A stretch of 64,000 nt of DNA, from positions 64,868 to 128,867 of IMG/VR virus record IMGVR_UViG_3300025706_000001, one strand, 5' to 3'. Positions 27,808-37,500 of this stretch are shown here, one piece after another. Made by a program: the position numbers and the translations under genes. Below the pieces are notes generated by a model. That model saw only the letters and a list, made by a program, of their open reading frames with translations. It did no database searches and was not told the DNA's origin. Source of the DNA: a virus. Lineage: Duplodnaviria; Caudoviricetes. Each line of letters opens with the position of its first letter. Position 1 is the stretch's first letter.

Positions 27808-29043
27808 TTACTTCTTCCCCTTAGTCTTGGCTTGGTAGTCCCGGTACGTCCACGCCGGCATGACGCCCGACGCTTGGCACCATCCACACGACTGGCCCTT
27901 CTCGTCTTTCTTCTTGCCCTTGCACGCCGGGCAGACCACAGCCGGCTGACAGTTGCCGATAGCCTGGGCGTAGTCCTTCAGGTCATCACAAAGTTGTGAA
28001 AGCTCTTTGATCCAGTAGGGCGTCTTTTGGAGGTGGACCTTAGCTTCAACGACGATCCGCTTCAGCGTCTTTTCGGTTTGCTCATACCATCGGTTCATTA
28101 AGACCGATTGCAAGGCGGCCGGGATCTCCTGCTTGGCCGCGTCCTTCGGCGGGCCGTCGAACTCGCCCATCGCTTGACCCAGGGTGCGGATTCCGTTTTT
28201 GCCGATCAAGGCCACGATCTCGCGCTGCTTGTCCATGTCGTACTCGGACAAGCGGGTGATCTCGGCTTCACCCGGCTTGATCTCGTTCTTCAACTGGTCC
28301 TTGATGTTGGTGGCAATGTTATCCCAGGGGTCTGCGTCGGCCTTGGGTTTGGACGCCTTCTTGGGCGGCTTGCGCAGATAGCCGCGTTTCTTCATGGCGG
28401 TCTGGAGATTGGGTGCGTTGCCAACCCTGACATCGCGGGCGATTTCCTCTTGCTTGCTGCGTTCGAGCGTGGCCAACTTGCGAACCGCTTCGTCGGTGCC
28501 CTTGATTTGTCCGGTCTCGATCATGGCCGCGATCTTGGACGGCATCTTTTCCAGGGCTTCGGCGAACTTGCCGTCGCGCTTGATCGTGGATTCGTCCACG
28601 CCCGTCTCTTTGGCCACGACCTCGGCCGTCGAACTGCTGTTCGTCTCGGCCAACAGTTCAGTCTGGCCTTTTGAACGGTCACCGCCCCGCTGGCCTTTGA
28701 TCCGGTTGTATCGCATCCCGCGCAACTTGCGAACGGCGGCTGGCTGAAGGACGTTGCGGCGATTGTACTGGTGGTAGAACACCCAGTCTTCGGCGTCGTC
28801 CAGGTTGTCGATTTCAGGGAATAGCTTCGTCTCATACTTCTTCAAGCCATTCTTTTGGATCAGCTTCCACCGCGTCATTCCATCCAGAATCACATCCCTG
28901 CCGTCGATTCTGGCGTACACAATTGGGTCCAGGACAACCTTGTCGTCAATCAAGTTTTCTTCCAGGCCGTCGAGCTGTTCCTGGGTGTGGGCTGGAAGGA
29001 CTTTGACGAGGCGGGGATCAATCACGAGGTCAGGAGTCGGCAT
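27808..29043 (-). CDS. ParB-like N-terminal domain protein with an HTH
   Basis: LEENL...DPI...ILDG.TR, Q.NRRN, GGDRS, TAEVVAKETGV...TIKRDGKFA. Confidence 0.7.
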   Translation of the reverse strand: MPTPDLVIDPRLVKVLPAHTQEQLDGLEENLIDDKVVLDPIVYARIDGRDVILDGMTRWKLIQKNGLKKYETKLFPEIDNLDDAEDWVFYHQYNRRNVLQPAAVRKLRGMRYNRIKGQRGGDRSKGQTELLAETNSSSTAEVVAKETGVDESTIKRDGKFAEALEKMPSKIAAMIETGQIKGTDEAVRKLATLERSKQEEIARDVRVGNAPNLQTAMKKRGYLRKPPKKASKPKADADPWDNIATNIKDQLKNEIKPGEAEITRLSEYDMDKQREIVALIGKNGIRTLGQAMGEFDGPPKDAAKQEIPAALQSVLMNRWYEQTEKTLKRIVVEAKVHLQKTPYWIKELSQLCDDLKDYAQAIGNCQPAVVCPACKGKKKDEKGQSCGWCQASGVMPAWTYRDYQAKTKGKK

Positions 29044-29448
29044 AGAATGTCCTTTCGTGGGAAGGGGTGTGAACTGGTTATTTTCGTAGAAAAAGGGTGT
29101 TAGGTCAACCTGGACTGGAGAGTAGCAATGCTGGTTTCTATCGCCCCACCTTCCTTCCTGGCTTCGGAAACAGAATCCGCTCGCCGTTGTCTGGCAGGAC
29201 GGCCTTTAGTGGCAGCCAGCAACGTCCTTGGTAAGCCGAGGCGTTGTAGATTCGTCGGAACGCATTTTGGTATTCACGCGAAAATGTTCCTCGCTCGAAC
29301 CGAACGACAACTTCCTCGTCTTCCAGACTGTCAACTGTGGCCACTGCACCACCAATTTCAAAGCCCGGAAGGTCTCGGTCGTGGTAGCCATGACGGATTC
29401 GCACTTTCATTCCGACTTTGATGTTACGCTTGCGCATTGAGTGGTCCT

Positions 29449-30240
29449 TTATTCGCCGCCTTCCGGCAGGTCGTCCAGGTTGATCCCGTTCTCGGCCTGA
29501 TCCGGCTGCGGAACCAGGGATGTTTGCGGCTCTTCGCGCTCGGCTTGCTCGTCCAGAGCGACGGCGTAGGCCATTTGCCGGGTCAATCGCCATCGCTTAG
29601 CGGCGCGACGAACAGCCGTCTTGAGCGACATGGCCGGATAGTTCGTTTTCCACACGTTCCGTCCGGTGTCGATCTGCTTCAGTTCCTCACGCTCAACGTA
29701 AACAACGCCCTTGCCACCGGCCTTGGTAGCATAAGTGCAGTATACCCCGATGATGTTCTCGCGGGTCGGTTTGTCCCGTGGGATCGGGATGCGGTGCTTG
29801 ACGTAAGGGCCTTGCTCGGTGTGGCCCCGGTAGATTTCTTCGCCGTTCAGGACGAATTCAGGGTCACACTGAACCAGGAAGTCGTTAGCGAAGGCTAAGT
29901 CCAACATGCCCTTGTAGCCGGGCATGAACTGGACTTCGACGTATTCGCCTTTCTGGCCGCGATGACGGGTGTAGCCAACCAAGTACGAATGGCCGAGCGC
30001 AGGCCCCAAGAGCAGTCCGACCACCGCGCCGTTGAACACGGACTTGACGATGCTCTCGATGGTTCTCGGATCACTCAGTTGCTCGTCCGAGAACTGCATC
30101 CGCAACATGTTGACTTCGGCGATCGCGGACGCGAGATACTGGTCCGGGTCGATGCCCGGCGAGACGAAAGTTGCCAGGGTGTCCTTGAGCGACACGAGGA
30201 CTTGTGCAGCTTTGGTTTTGGCGGTTGGTAGTAGGTTCAT
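29449..30240 (-). CDS. recT: RecT family single-strand annealing protein
   Basis: GL..GPALGHSYLV.Y, QF..GYKG..DLA, W...Y.AM..KTAVRRAAK. Confidence 0.85.
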   Translation of the reverse strand: MNLLPTAKTKAAQVLVSLKDTLATFVSPGIDPDQYLASAIAEVNMLRMQFSDEQLSDPRTIESIVKSVFNGAVVGLLLGPALGHSYLVGYTRHRGQKGEYVEVQFMPGYKGMLDLAFANDFLVQCDPEFVLNGEEIYRGHTEQGPYVKHRIPIPRDKPTRENIIGVYCTYATKAGGKGVVYVEREELKQIDTGRNVWKTNYPAMSLKTAVRRAAKRWRLTRQMAYAVALDEQAEREEPQTSLVPQPDQAENGINLDDLPEGGE

Positions 30241-30254
30241 TTGTTCCTCTTGCG

Positions 30255-31160
30255 TTAGGTTCCCAAGTAGTAGTCGATTACGCGATCCGGCAGTCCACCC
30301 CACTCGATCTCATTGGAGTACCCCTGCCATTCCCCGGTATTCTTGCCAACTAGATACTTCGACAACAATTCCCTGTACTGAATCCTGCCGACGAGGATGT
30401 CCTTGCGAGTTGCGCCAAGGGCGAGAATACCGTGGGGGTAATCTTCCTCGATGGCGATCCACACGAACGTTGGCGGATCGTTGGTCAGGCTGGTCACGGC
30501 GTCGCAGTACCATGCAGCCTTAGCGGCGTAGTTGTAGTTGTCGATCTCGTGCTGGAACTTGTCCTTGCGAGCATAACCGAGTCGGCACTTCTTCAGATCC
30601 ACGATCACCGGGGCCAGCTTATCGTTGCGCGGAACGAGCTTGTCCAGTCGTCCCTTGCACAGGATGCCTTCGGTTTCCCAGATGACTGTGGCCTCGAATC
30701 CACCGCGCTGCCGCAGAAGCCGCACCACCTTGTGCGACTTGATCTTGTGGGCCATTGCCTCAACCCGCTCGGCTTCTTCCTGCGTCAGTACGTTCGGGGC
30801 GGGTTCCATGCCGTCCCAAGCGTGCTTACCACAGAGCCATTTTCCGCCTTCGACGTGGTAGATCGCAGAGCAGCCACAGGGCTCGCCCTTGCGCTTTCCG
30901 GACTTCAGCGGTTCCTGGCAGCCTGGGGACACCGAGAACGTCTTGGCGTATACGTTAGGCTCCAGCAATCGGGCATGTACAGCCCGACCGAAGTTCATGG
31001 CCTGGGAGTCCTTCTTCAGCTTGCCGTCCAGGGCGGCTTTCAGGTGTTCGGCGCTGAACTTGCCCCAGTCCAGGGTTGAGATGTTCAGGGCTGGGATCTT
31101 GCAGTATTCGTCGAACGGAATGTCATAAAAGATTCCGGGGACCCACTTTGATTCAGTCAT
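30255..31160 (-). CDS. RecE/exonuclease VIII-like PD-(D/E)XK nuclease (DUF3799)
   Basis: GIFYDI...Y, A..FG.AVH..LLEP, CKGRLD, IVDLK, Y...AAWY, FVWIAIE. Confidence 0.85.
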   Translation of the reverse strand: MTESKWVPGIFYDIPFDEYCKIPALNISTLDWGKFSAEHLKAALDGKLKKDSQAMNFGRAVHARLLEPNVYAKTFSVSPGCQEPLKSGKRKGEPCGCSAIYHVEGGKWLCGKHAWDGMEPAPNVLTQEEAERVEAMAHKIKSHKVVRLLRQRGGFEATVIWETEGILCKGRLDKLVPRNDKLAPVIVDLKKCRLGYARKDKFQHEIDNYNYAAKAAWYCDAVTSLTNDPPTFVWIAIEEDYPHGILALGATRKDILVGRIQYRELLSKYLVGKNTGEWQGYSNEIEWGGLPDRVIDYYLGT

Positions 31161-31506
31161 TGAACGACAATGCCTCCAGTTTGGCGATCTGCTTCTTCAG
31201 GGACGCCAGTTTCTTTTTTCGCATGACCTCAGCGCGCGCCACAGCGGCTTTCCGGGTCTCGTGCCAGTCGGGCTTCCAAAAGAGAATGAGACCAATCTCT
31301 CCTGGAAGCCGATGGACTTCTGCGTGTTTGCCGTTCACGTTCGCCAAGGTGCGCTCCTGAATTCCGGCAGTCAGGGCGTACTTAGTGACGTAGACTGTTT
31401 TGGGGCTTTGTGGACATACAGCAGAAAACATGTCGTCAAGTCTCTCTTGGTCCGCGCCGTCCCATTCCTGATCGCTGATTGCGTCGCCGTCGTATCCGTC
31501 CATCAA
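31153..31506 (-). CDS. Hypothetical phage protein
   Basis: YVTKYALT.GI...DWH....A...AE.MRKKK.ASL.KQI.KLE. Confidence 0.65.
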   Translation of the reverse strand: MMDGYDGDAISDQEWDGADQERLDDMFSAVCPQSPKTVYVTKYALTAGIQERTLANVNGKHAEVHRLPGEIGLILFWKPDWHETRKAAVARAEVMRKKKLASLKKQIAKLEALSFND

Positions 31507-31572
31507 ACCTGCTCCTCAAACGCACTGGCTTGTTCTTCGTCCGCAAGCGTAACCTCAAGCGTCTCATTTGGA

Positions 31573-32166
31573 CTACTGCTGCCGCTTACACAACGCCTTG
31601 GCCCATGATCCCTGCCAACCACAACGTTTGCCGTATCGACGATGTAGGGTAGCCATGTCTTTCAGGTTATCCGAGCAAATCCCGACCCAGATGTCGTGCC
31701 ACACCACATCGAACACGGAGCCTTTGGGTGGCTTCCATTCCAGAGCATCGGCGCAGATGACCTCGAATCGGTTTCCCCATCGTGCCTTCCAATGTGGGGC
31801 AACTAGATTGATTACGTCCTGCGAGATCTCGATGCACGTCACTTTCTCGACTTCTGGATTCATCAACATGCCGTTGGCTACGACTCCCAATCCCAAGCCG
31901 TTGACCAAGCATCGGCCTACGGCGCGGCGAATCGGCTCGTAGTGGTCTCGGATTTCATCTGGCGTATCACTCATGATCGTGTCTCGCCAGCCGCTTACCT
32001 GAGCAAGTTTTGTGTACGTGCCGGGAGGCACATACCGAGATGATCCGTGCATGGCGTTTATCAGGACGTTCATTTTGAAATCGCCTTCGCTTACCGAGAA
32101 CCGTTTGACGGCGAAATTGCCCTGGCTGCCTTCCGGCACGTCAACCTTGTACCTTGTCCAATCCAC
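31573..32166 (-). CDS. Class I SAM-dependent methyltransferase (spermidine synthase-like)
   Basis: MSDTPDE, LVNGLGLG, VTCIE...DVI, ICADA, FD..WHDIW. Confidence 0.8.
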   Translation of the reverse strand: MDWTRYKVDVPEGSQGNFAVKRFSVSEGDFKMNVLINAMHGSSRYVPPGTYTKLAQVSGWRDTIMSDTPDEIRDHYEPIRRAVGRCLVNGLGLGVVANGMLMNPEVEKVTCIEISQDVINLVAPHWKARWGNRFEVICADALEWKPPKGSVFDVVWHDIWVGICSDNLKDMATLHRRYGKRCGWQGSWAKALCKRQQ

Positions 32167-32331
32167 GGGTCAATCCCATCCTTTCCCTGCGTTCTCTCCG
32201 ATCCCGTTCGATCACGGTTTCCTGTCCAGTCTTTTTTCTGAACTCAGCATCCCGGCGGCGCAGGATTGCGATCGCCTGTGCCTGTTCGTCCCAAGTGCAT
32301 CGGCAGTGACGTTTCCCACAGTTTGGACAGT

Positions 32332-33072
32332 TCACGATCTAGCCTCCTCGTCTTTGGCTACCGGCACACCATCGACGCTTTCGACTTCTCCGCCTTCGAT
32401 TACGATGTTGCACTCTGCGACTTTGCCAATCCTTGTAGAAACCGCTTTCTCTGGAGTCCATTCATGGTGAATTCGGTAGTATGCAGTTGCAGCAGCTACA
32501 ATACGAAGTCGCCTACACCATTCAGCAACGCTCAATGTTAAACCACTGATTGTCGCATGGATTACGTTTCTCCTGTTTGACGACTGTTCGCAAAGCGTTG
32601 CCCATCGGCAGTTTCCCGGTTCGTAGTGGCCGTTGTTGTCTGGATGTCGGTCGATTGAGTGCTTGTCAGACGGGCGGCGACCCATGTCGTTCAAGAATGC
32701 GATGTAGCTACTGCGCCATTTCTGGCAAACGCGAATCCCGCGTCCGCCGTAGTATTTGTAGTGCGAGTTTGTCTCATCCTCACACCGCTGAATCATTGCC
32801 CGCCAAATCGCGTACTCTGGTGCCTTTCCGTTTGAGTCTCCATGCTTGCGGTGGGCTATGCCGCACTTTTCCCTAAACTTACATCCGCACTGGCCTTTTC
32901 GCCTTGCGTGAGCCGCGTCGCATTCTGTCGTTCCACCACAGTCGCACTGGAACAGCCATATCCATTCATTTTTACTGCCTTGTCGAACAGGACCAATGGC
33001 AACTAGATCACCGAACCGCTTTCCAGCGATGTTGATGGACTTGCCTTTAAGGACAGTTAGCGGAAGTGTCAT
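32332..33072 (-). CDS. Free-standing HNH endonuclease
   Basis: GKRFGDL, W.FQCDCG, AMIQRC, YGGRGIRVC..W, SIDR..DNNGHYEPGNCRWAT. Confidence 0.88.
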   Translation of the reverse strand: MTLPLTVLKGKSINIAGKRFGDLVAIGPVRQGSKNEWIWLFQCDCGGTTECDAAHARRKGQCGCKFREKCGIAHRKHGDSNGKAPEYAIWRAMIQRCEDETNSHYKYYGGRGIRVCQKWRSSYIAFLNDMGRRPSDKHSIDRHPDNNGHYEPGNCRWATLCEQSSNRRNVIHATISGLTLSVAEWCRRLRIVAAATAYYRIHHEWTPEKAVSTRIGKVAECNIVIEGGEVESVDGVPVAKDEEARS

Positions 33073-33073
33073 G

Positions 33074-34411
33074 TTAGGTCGTCTTCGTGTCGGCGTCAGA
33101 TCGTTCGACGAGGCCATTTTCGATGATGATATTGCATTCTGCGCCCTTGCCAACTCTTTCAAGGAAAAGTTGAATTCCCTGTTCAGCGGCCAAGTTTGCA
33201 AACTCAATCATCCCGTCTTCGTCGAGAAGAGATGAGTCCTTTAGGAAGGCGAAGCGAAGAGTCGGCGACATGGCCACGCAGATACCCATTGCGACCTTAC
33301 GCTGCTCATAGGCGCTCGCCTGCGCAAACGGCAAGCCGTTGTACGTGACACCTGTTTCGTCGTATCCCAGCCCATCGACAGGCCACTTTGCGGCTTCGCG
33401 CATGGCCTGCTTCTCGGCTTCGATGACCTTCAGGCGTTCCGAGGCTGACCTCCACTCGGCCTGCTTGGCGACGACGGCTGCTGCGATCTCGGCGTGCTTG
33501 GCGTTGTCGCGGACCTTGCGGTTGATTTGTTCGGCGCTGGCCATCTGGGCTTCGATGTCGGAGGTGTCCTGGTCCTTCAGGGCGTTGACGATCGCGGTTT
33601 GCGCGGTCGCCTGTCGCAGGCACTCGTTGTAGGCTGCGTCTAGGGAATTGCGATCCGACTCGGCTTTGGCGAGCTGTTGCTTCAGGGCGGCAATTTCCTC
33701 GTCCTTCCGCTCGACGGCTTGGCCGGCTGCTTTGGCCTTGGCCTCAACCCGAACCAATTCTTGTCTCTCGGCAGCGTTCTCTTGGTTTACCTTGTGAATG
33801 GCCTTCAGGACGCCGGCCAGCTCGGTAATGCTGATTTCCTCGGCAGGCGCGTCGTCGTGCTTTTTGCACCCGTCCAATTGTCCTTTGAGCGACTTGCCTT
33901 CCCGCGTCAGCGCCGTCCGCTCGTCGTAGATCCGTTTGTACTCGGCGTCCAGCTTCGAGAAGTCCAGCCCGACGAGTTCGCGCAGTACGTCAGCCTGCTT
34001 CTTCGCGTCCATTCTCAGGAACGCTTCGGGGTCAAACCCTAGGATTCCGCACACGTCAGCCAAAAGAGTCTGTGGTGATGGCGCAGCGTACCCGTCCTTG
34101 GTGATGATTTCCAGCCTGGAGTCGATGTCTCCATTGGCTTTGCGGAAGAATTCCCGTGTCACGATGATTGCCGGAATGAGCTTTGACGGCTCGCCATCCA
34201 GCTCGACCGTGACCTTTGCCGTGTCCTGCCCAGTACGAATAGGCTTCTCGGGACAGAGCTTCTTGCCGCCAAGTGCGGCCGCGATGCTGTCGAGAAGGCT
34301 CGACTTTCCCTGGCGATTTCGTCCTCCAATGACGGTTGTCGTCTTGTTTGGCCTCACTTCTACCAACTGAAGCCCCTTGAAGTTTTCCGCTCGAACGCTC
34401 ACGACTTGCAT
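33074..34411 (-). CDS. SbcC/Rad50-like coiled-coil ATPase
   Basis: ENFKG, Walker A GRNRQGKSS, long coiled coil, signature-like QASAYEQ, DSSLLD. Confidence 0.85.
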   Translation of the reverse strand: MQVVSVRAENFKGLQLVEVRPNKTTTVIGGRNRQGKSSLLDSIAAALGGKKLCPEKPIRTGQDTAKVTVELDGEPSKLIPAIIVTREFFRKANGDIDSRLEIITKDGYAAPSPQTLLADVCGILGFDPEAFLRMDAKKQADVLRELVGLDFSKLDAEYKRIYDERTALTREGKSLKGQLDGCKKHDDAPAEEISITELAGVLKAIHKVNQENAAERQELVRVEAKAKAAGQAVERKDEEIAALKQQLAKAESDRNSLDAAYNECLRQATAQTAIVNALKDQDTSDIEAQMASAEQINRKVRDNAKHAEIAAAVVAKQAEWRSASERLKVIEAEKQAMREAAKWPVDGLGYDETGVTYNGLPFAQASAYEQRKVAMGICVAMSPTLRFAFLKDSSLLDEDGMIEFANLAAEQGIQLFLERVGKGAECNIIIENGLVERSDADTKTT

Positions 34412-34456
34412 TGCTGATTCCTTTACAATGACGGCACCTTTCGTTCCCACACCAGG

Positions 34457-34520
34457 ATTGTAGTCCGGCTGGAAAAATCCCACAACCCGTGTTGCAAGAT
34501 TTTTTGCTCGTGGCTACAAT
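34457..34520. promoter_or_regulatory. Divergent sigma70-type promoters at the strand switch
   Basis: Rightward TTGCAA(34492)-17-TACAAT(34515); leftward TTGTGG(34485)-17-TACAAT(34462). Confidence 0.6.
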
Positions 34521-34713
34521 CTCCAGCAGAGGAGCCACCCGATGCGAATCAAACGACGTGAAGGATCAGACGAAGGATGGGTGGAAGTGATGGTGGAAGA
34601 TTTCCTTGACGAAGGCGAAAGCCGAGAGCATTTCGAGGAGCGGCTTGTCCGGATGGTCGGTCGGCTGACCGTCTTGAATTGCGATGAATTTGAACAAAGC
34701 GAGGATGAATTCG

Positions 34714-34908
34714 ATGGCGAGCGTAACTGACAAGGTAACCACGAGCGATATCGTCGCCAGGGTCCACTGCCACCGATCTGTGGTATTGCGAAATGCTGCG
34801 AAGCTCGGAATTGTTCCTGAACCGTTCTGGGGAAGGATGCTGTTTACCAAGTCCGATGCCGAGAGGCTGATTAAGGTACTCAGTGTCCGACGGGGGCAAA
34901 AGATCTAG
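34714..34908 (+). CDS. Small excisionase/MerR-like DNA-binding protein
   Basis: TTSDIVARV...V.R.A..LGI.P...GR.LFT..DAE. Confidence 0.55.
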   Translation: MASVTDKVTTSDIVARVHCHRSVVLRNAAKLGIVPEPFWGRMLFTKSDAERLIKVLSVRRGQKI

Positions 34909-34929
34909 TTGAACTTTTGAAGGTGGGCC

Positions 34930-35289
34930 ATGAACGCGATCCTGATTGCCCTGGCCGTGATTTCGGCGGACTACCGCGACGGCTATTGGCGAAACGCAAC
35001 CCACTACAGCTATTTGGGTTACGCATTTCAACCCGTGTACGGACCTTGGAACGCCGCCGTGGCGGAGCTTCGTGTCCGTGGTCGATCAAGGTCGCGTGAC
35101 CTGATGTTGCCGACAAGCACAGCAAACGCATTGCGTGACTTGGATTTGCGACGAGCAGAGATATACGCCGCCTTGGTCGCCGCGCCAAAGATCGAAAAAG
35201 CCGAGTTGCGGCGGCAATGGCTGGTTGCTAGGCAGGAACTTGAACGAGCACGACTTCTTGCGTCTAAGGAGCTTTATCGTGGACGATGA
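34930..35289 (+). CDS. Hypothetical protein
   Basis: ORF with AAGGTG RBS. Confidence 0.5.
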   Translation: MNAILIALAVISADYRDGYWRNATHYSYLGYAFQPVYGPWNAAVAELRVRGRSRSRDLMLPTSTANALRDLDLRRAEIYAALVAAPKIEKAELRRQWLVARQELERARLLASKELYRGR

Positions 35290-36045
35290 AGAACTCAAGG
35301 AAGTGCGTCGGTTGCGGGCCTACGTTGAAGTTGCCATTGAAACCGTGGCGTTCATCGCAGTGGCAACTGTGGTTTCTTTTCTAATCTGCATGCGAGGCAA
35401 CTGATGGATGGAACACAGTTTGGGTACTGCGGCTTTGTGCCGCACACGCCCACGGAATTGGCGTTTGCCAGGGCGGAAGAGAACGATGACATGAACAAGC
35501 GAGTGGAGGCAATGCTCGACGAGGCTTGCCGGTACACTCCCGTGGCAAAAGATCAGTCTGAACCAATGAAAGGCGACCATGCCGCAAAGCAATCGCTACA
35601 TCGTACAACTGGAATTCCAACTATGGCTTGCACCGTGGCATGGAGATCCTGGTAGGACGTGCCGCATTGAGAACGCAAAATGGTTCTCGTCTAGGCAGCA
35701 AGCGAATAAGGCATTGGAAGCTGCAAGGCAGTACCGCCCATTTCCTGACGCATTTGTGGATGTTTTGCGGGAGACAGTGATTTGATGCTCGCAATCGTAC
35801 TTCTATCCATCGTCCTCCAATCGCACTTGGGGGACCATGTGGACCGCGACGGACGGATTCCGTCAGAAGATTCTGATAAATCAGACGTAGAACCTTTGGA
35901 ACGGATGGGTCGCTATCCGTCTTGCTACGCTTAGCTCGTGCGGCTTACGGCCGCGTCCCGTGCGAGGGCAAAAGCAACATGATACCTGTCTGAGGGCGGC
36001 TTCCGGTACTCCGCCAGTGTGATCGAAGACCGGGCTATGAATGGA

Positions 36046-36146
36046 GGATGCGTGAGCGGGCGCGGTGACCCGAACCTTGGGTATGCACGAGGTCGTGATT
36101 CAGGACAGATGTTCTCACGGGCCGGTTCGACTCCGGCGCGCATCCC
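36046..36146 (+). ncRNA. tRNA-like RNA with an 8/5 fold, long variable arm and non-canonical anticodon loop
   Basis: GGATGCGT/GCGCATCC acceptor; CGGG/CCCG D arm; ACCTTG/CGAGGT arm with an 8-nt loop; CGTGA/TCACG variable arm; GCCGG-TTCGACT-CCGGC T arm. Confidence 0.55.
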
Positions 36147-36359
36147 TGCCGAGCAGCCGTGAAAGCGGTGAAGGCAATTCCGGCCTGCGATTAGCGAAAA
36201 GCGCAGGTGTCGAGGGATCGTAAACCCTATATCGCCACCGGTAAGGCTTACAAACCGTGGAAGTGGAAACGCCATCCAGGAAACGTTAGGCGTGACAGCC
36301 GGAGAGACGGCGTGCGGATCGTGGCGGAATGTAGACGCCGTGGCATTGTGGTCAAACGT

Positions 36360-36475
36360 GAAGCGAAGTCATGCGCGATTATGACTTCGTGAGTCAGGGT
36401 TCGATTCCAGGCTTCCTTTAGGGGTTAGCGTAAATGTCACGCCTGACGAGGTGCGGGTTCGAGTCCCGCCGATTC
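36360..36475 (+). ncRNA. Two degenerate tRNA-like units retaining T-loops
   Basis: GGTTCGATTCC near 36398 preceded by a CGAAGTCAT/ATGACTTCG hairpin; GCGGG-TTCGAGT-CCCGC at 36453-36469. Confidence 0.4.
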
Positions 36476-36555
36476 GCAATGGGACAGTTGGCATCAAACA
36501 GGCTGCCGAAATGCAGGGCCAACTCAAGTCGGGAGTGGGTGGGAAAGCCGGCCCA

Positions 36556-36616
36556 GGGGACATGGTGTAATGGTTAGCATGTCGCGACGGTGCGGGTTCG
36601 ACTCCCGCTGTCTCCA
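36556..36616 (+). ncRNA. Anticodon-less tRNA-like RNA (61 nt)
   Basis: GGGGACA/TGTCTCC acceptor; TG-GTGT-AATGGTTA-GCAT D arm; only GTCGCGAC in place of the anticodon arm; GCGGG-TTCGACT-CCCGC T arm. Confidence 0.7.
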
Positions 36617-36651
36617 CTAGATCGAGGTTATCAAAAGGTCAGAGTGAACCA

Positions 36652-37017
36652 ATGACCCCAGACGAAGCAATCGCCATCGTGAAATCCAAGGCCAATGGCC
36701 GTACTCGCTACGAAGGCCAGGAGCCGTTCCTGGATGAAGTTCTGGTGGCGGAGATCGAGCGATTGCGCCATCGCACTGATGCCGTCACTCGGATTGTGGA
36801 CCAGTTAATCAGAATTGCTCGCTTGAATCGTGACGAGTTCGAGTTTTCGTTCACCGTGTCGCGTAAAGCGGCCGGGTTGTCATGGATATTCGAGTGCCGA
36901 GAAACAGCGGATCGCCACTGTTTTTGCATTGGATTAGGGCCGACGCCGGAAGACGCCGTGTCCAAGATCAACCTGAAGGAAGCGTGTGATTCGTGGGGGT
37001 ATGTGTACGTGGATTGA
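36652..37017 (+). CDS. Hypothetical protein
   Basis: GRTRYEGQEP..DEVLVAEIERLR. Confidence 0.55.
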   Translation: MTPDEAIAIVKSKANGRTRYEGQEPFLDEVLVAEIERLRHRTDAVTRIVDQLIRIARLNRDEFEFSFTVSRKAAGLSWIFECRETADRHCFCIGLGPTPEDAVSKINLKEACDSWGYVYVD

Positions 37018-37393
37018 TTTTGACAGGTGCGGCATGGCAAAGTTGATGATGTCTAGGGCGATTCACTTGGGACGGGTCCGGCACAGGCTGTTTCCGCCGT
37101 TTAAGTACAAAGCGGGTCGGGTTCCGAAGGGCTACAAGTGCGACGGATGTGGCGTTTACGGTGTTCGGTTGTACCGCCACTACCAAACGTTTCTTGAACA
37201 CCAAGTCCTTCGGTGTCGTTCGTGTGCCCTGGAAAGCCAGAAGCAGACCAAACCCGACTCTGACTACGAGCACAGCATCGGCTGGATGGTGGCTGCTGTT
37301 CCGACGGAAGACGGAACGACATACTGGGGTTACACTTCCGTTCCGCAGGAAGGCGTGGAATGGTGGGATCGACTGCCAAAATATCTGTTTTGA
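36986..37393 (+). CDS. Hypothetical zinc-binding phage protein; start uncertain
   Basis: Y.CDGCG..GVRLYR.YQ...LRC..CA...IGW.V.AVP..DG..YWGYTSVP. Confidence 0.55.
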   Translation: MIRGGMCTWIDFDRCGMAKLMMSRAIHLGRVRHRLFPPFKYKAGRVPKGYKCDGCGVYGVRLYRHYQTFLEHQVLRCRSCALESQKQTKPDSDYEHSIGWMVAAVPTEDGTTYWGYTSVPQEGVEWWDRLPKYLF

Positions 37394-37427
37394 CGCTGAA
37401 AAACCTGATTTTGCCGTTGACGCCCAA

Positions 37428-37500
37428 GTGCAAAAGGTAGGAAAAAGGTAGCGAAAGGTAGGAAAACGAAGAAAAGGTGTGCAAAAGGTAGGAAAAAGGT
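37428..37500 (+). repeat. Iteron-like A-rich repeats
   Basis: 22-bp direct repeat GTGCAAAAGGTAGGAAAAAGGT at 37428 and 37479; six AAAGGT copies. Confidence 0.75.

Noticed and set aside
32332-33207. Group I intron or intein around the HNH
   Set aside because: No room for a ribozyme core and no splicing motifs; the ATPase has its own stop.
36046-36616. Functional decoding tRNAs, including tRNA-Sec
   Set aside because: None has a canonical 7-nt anticodon loop, so they are reported as tRNA-like only.
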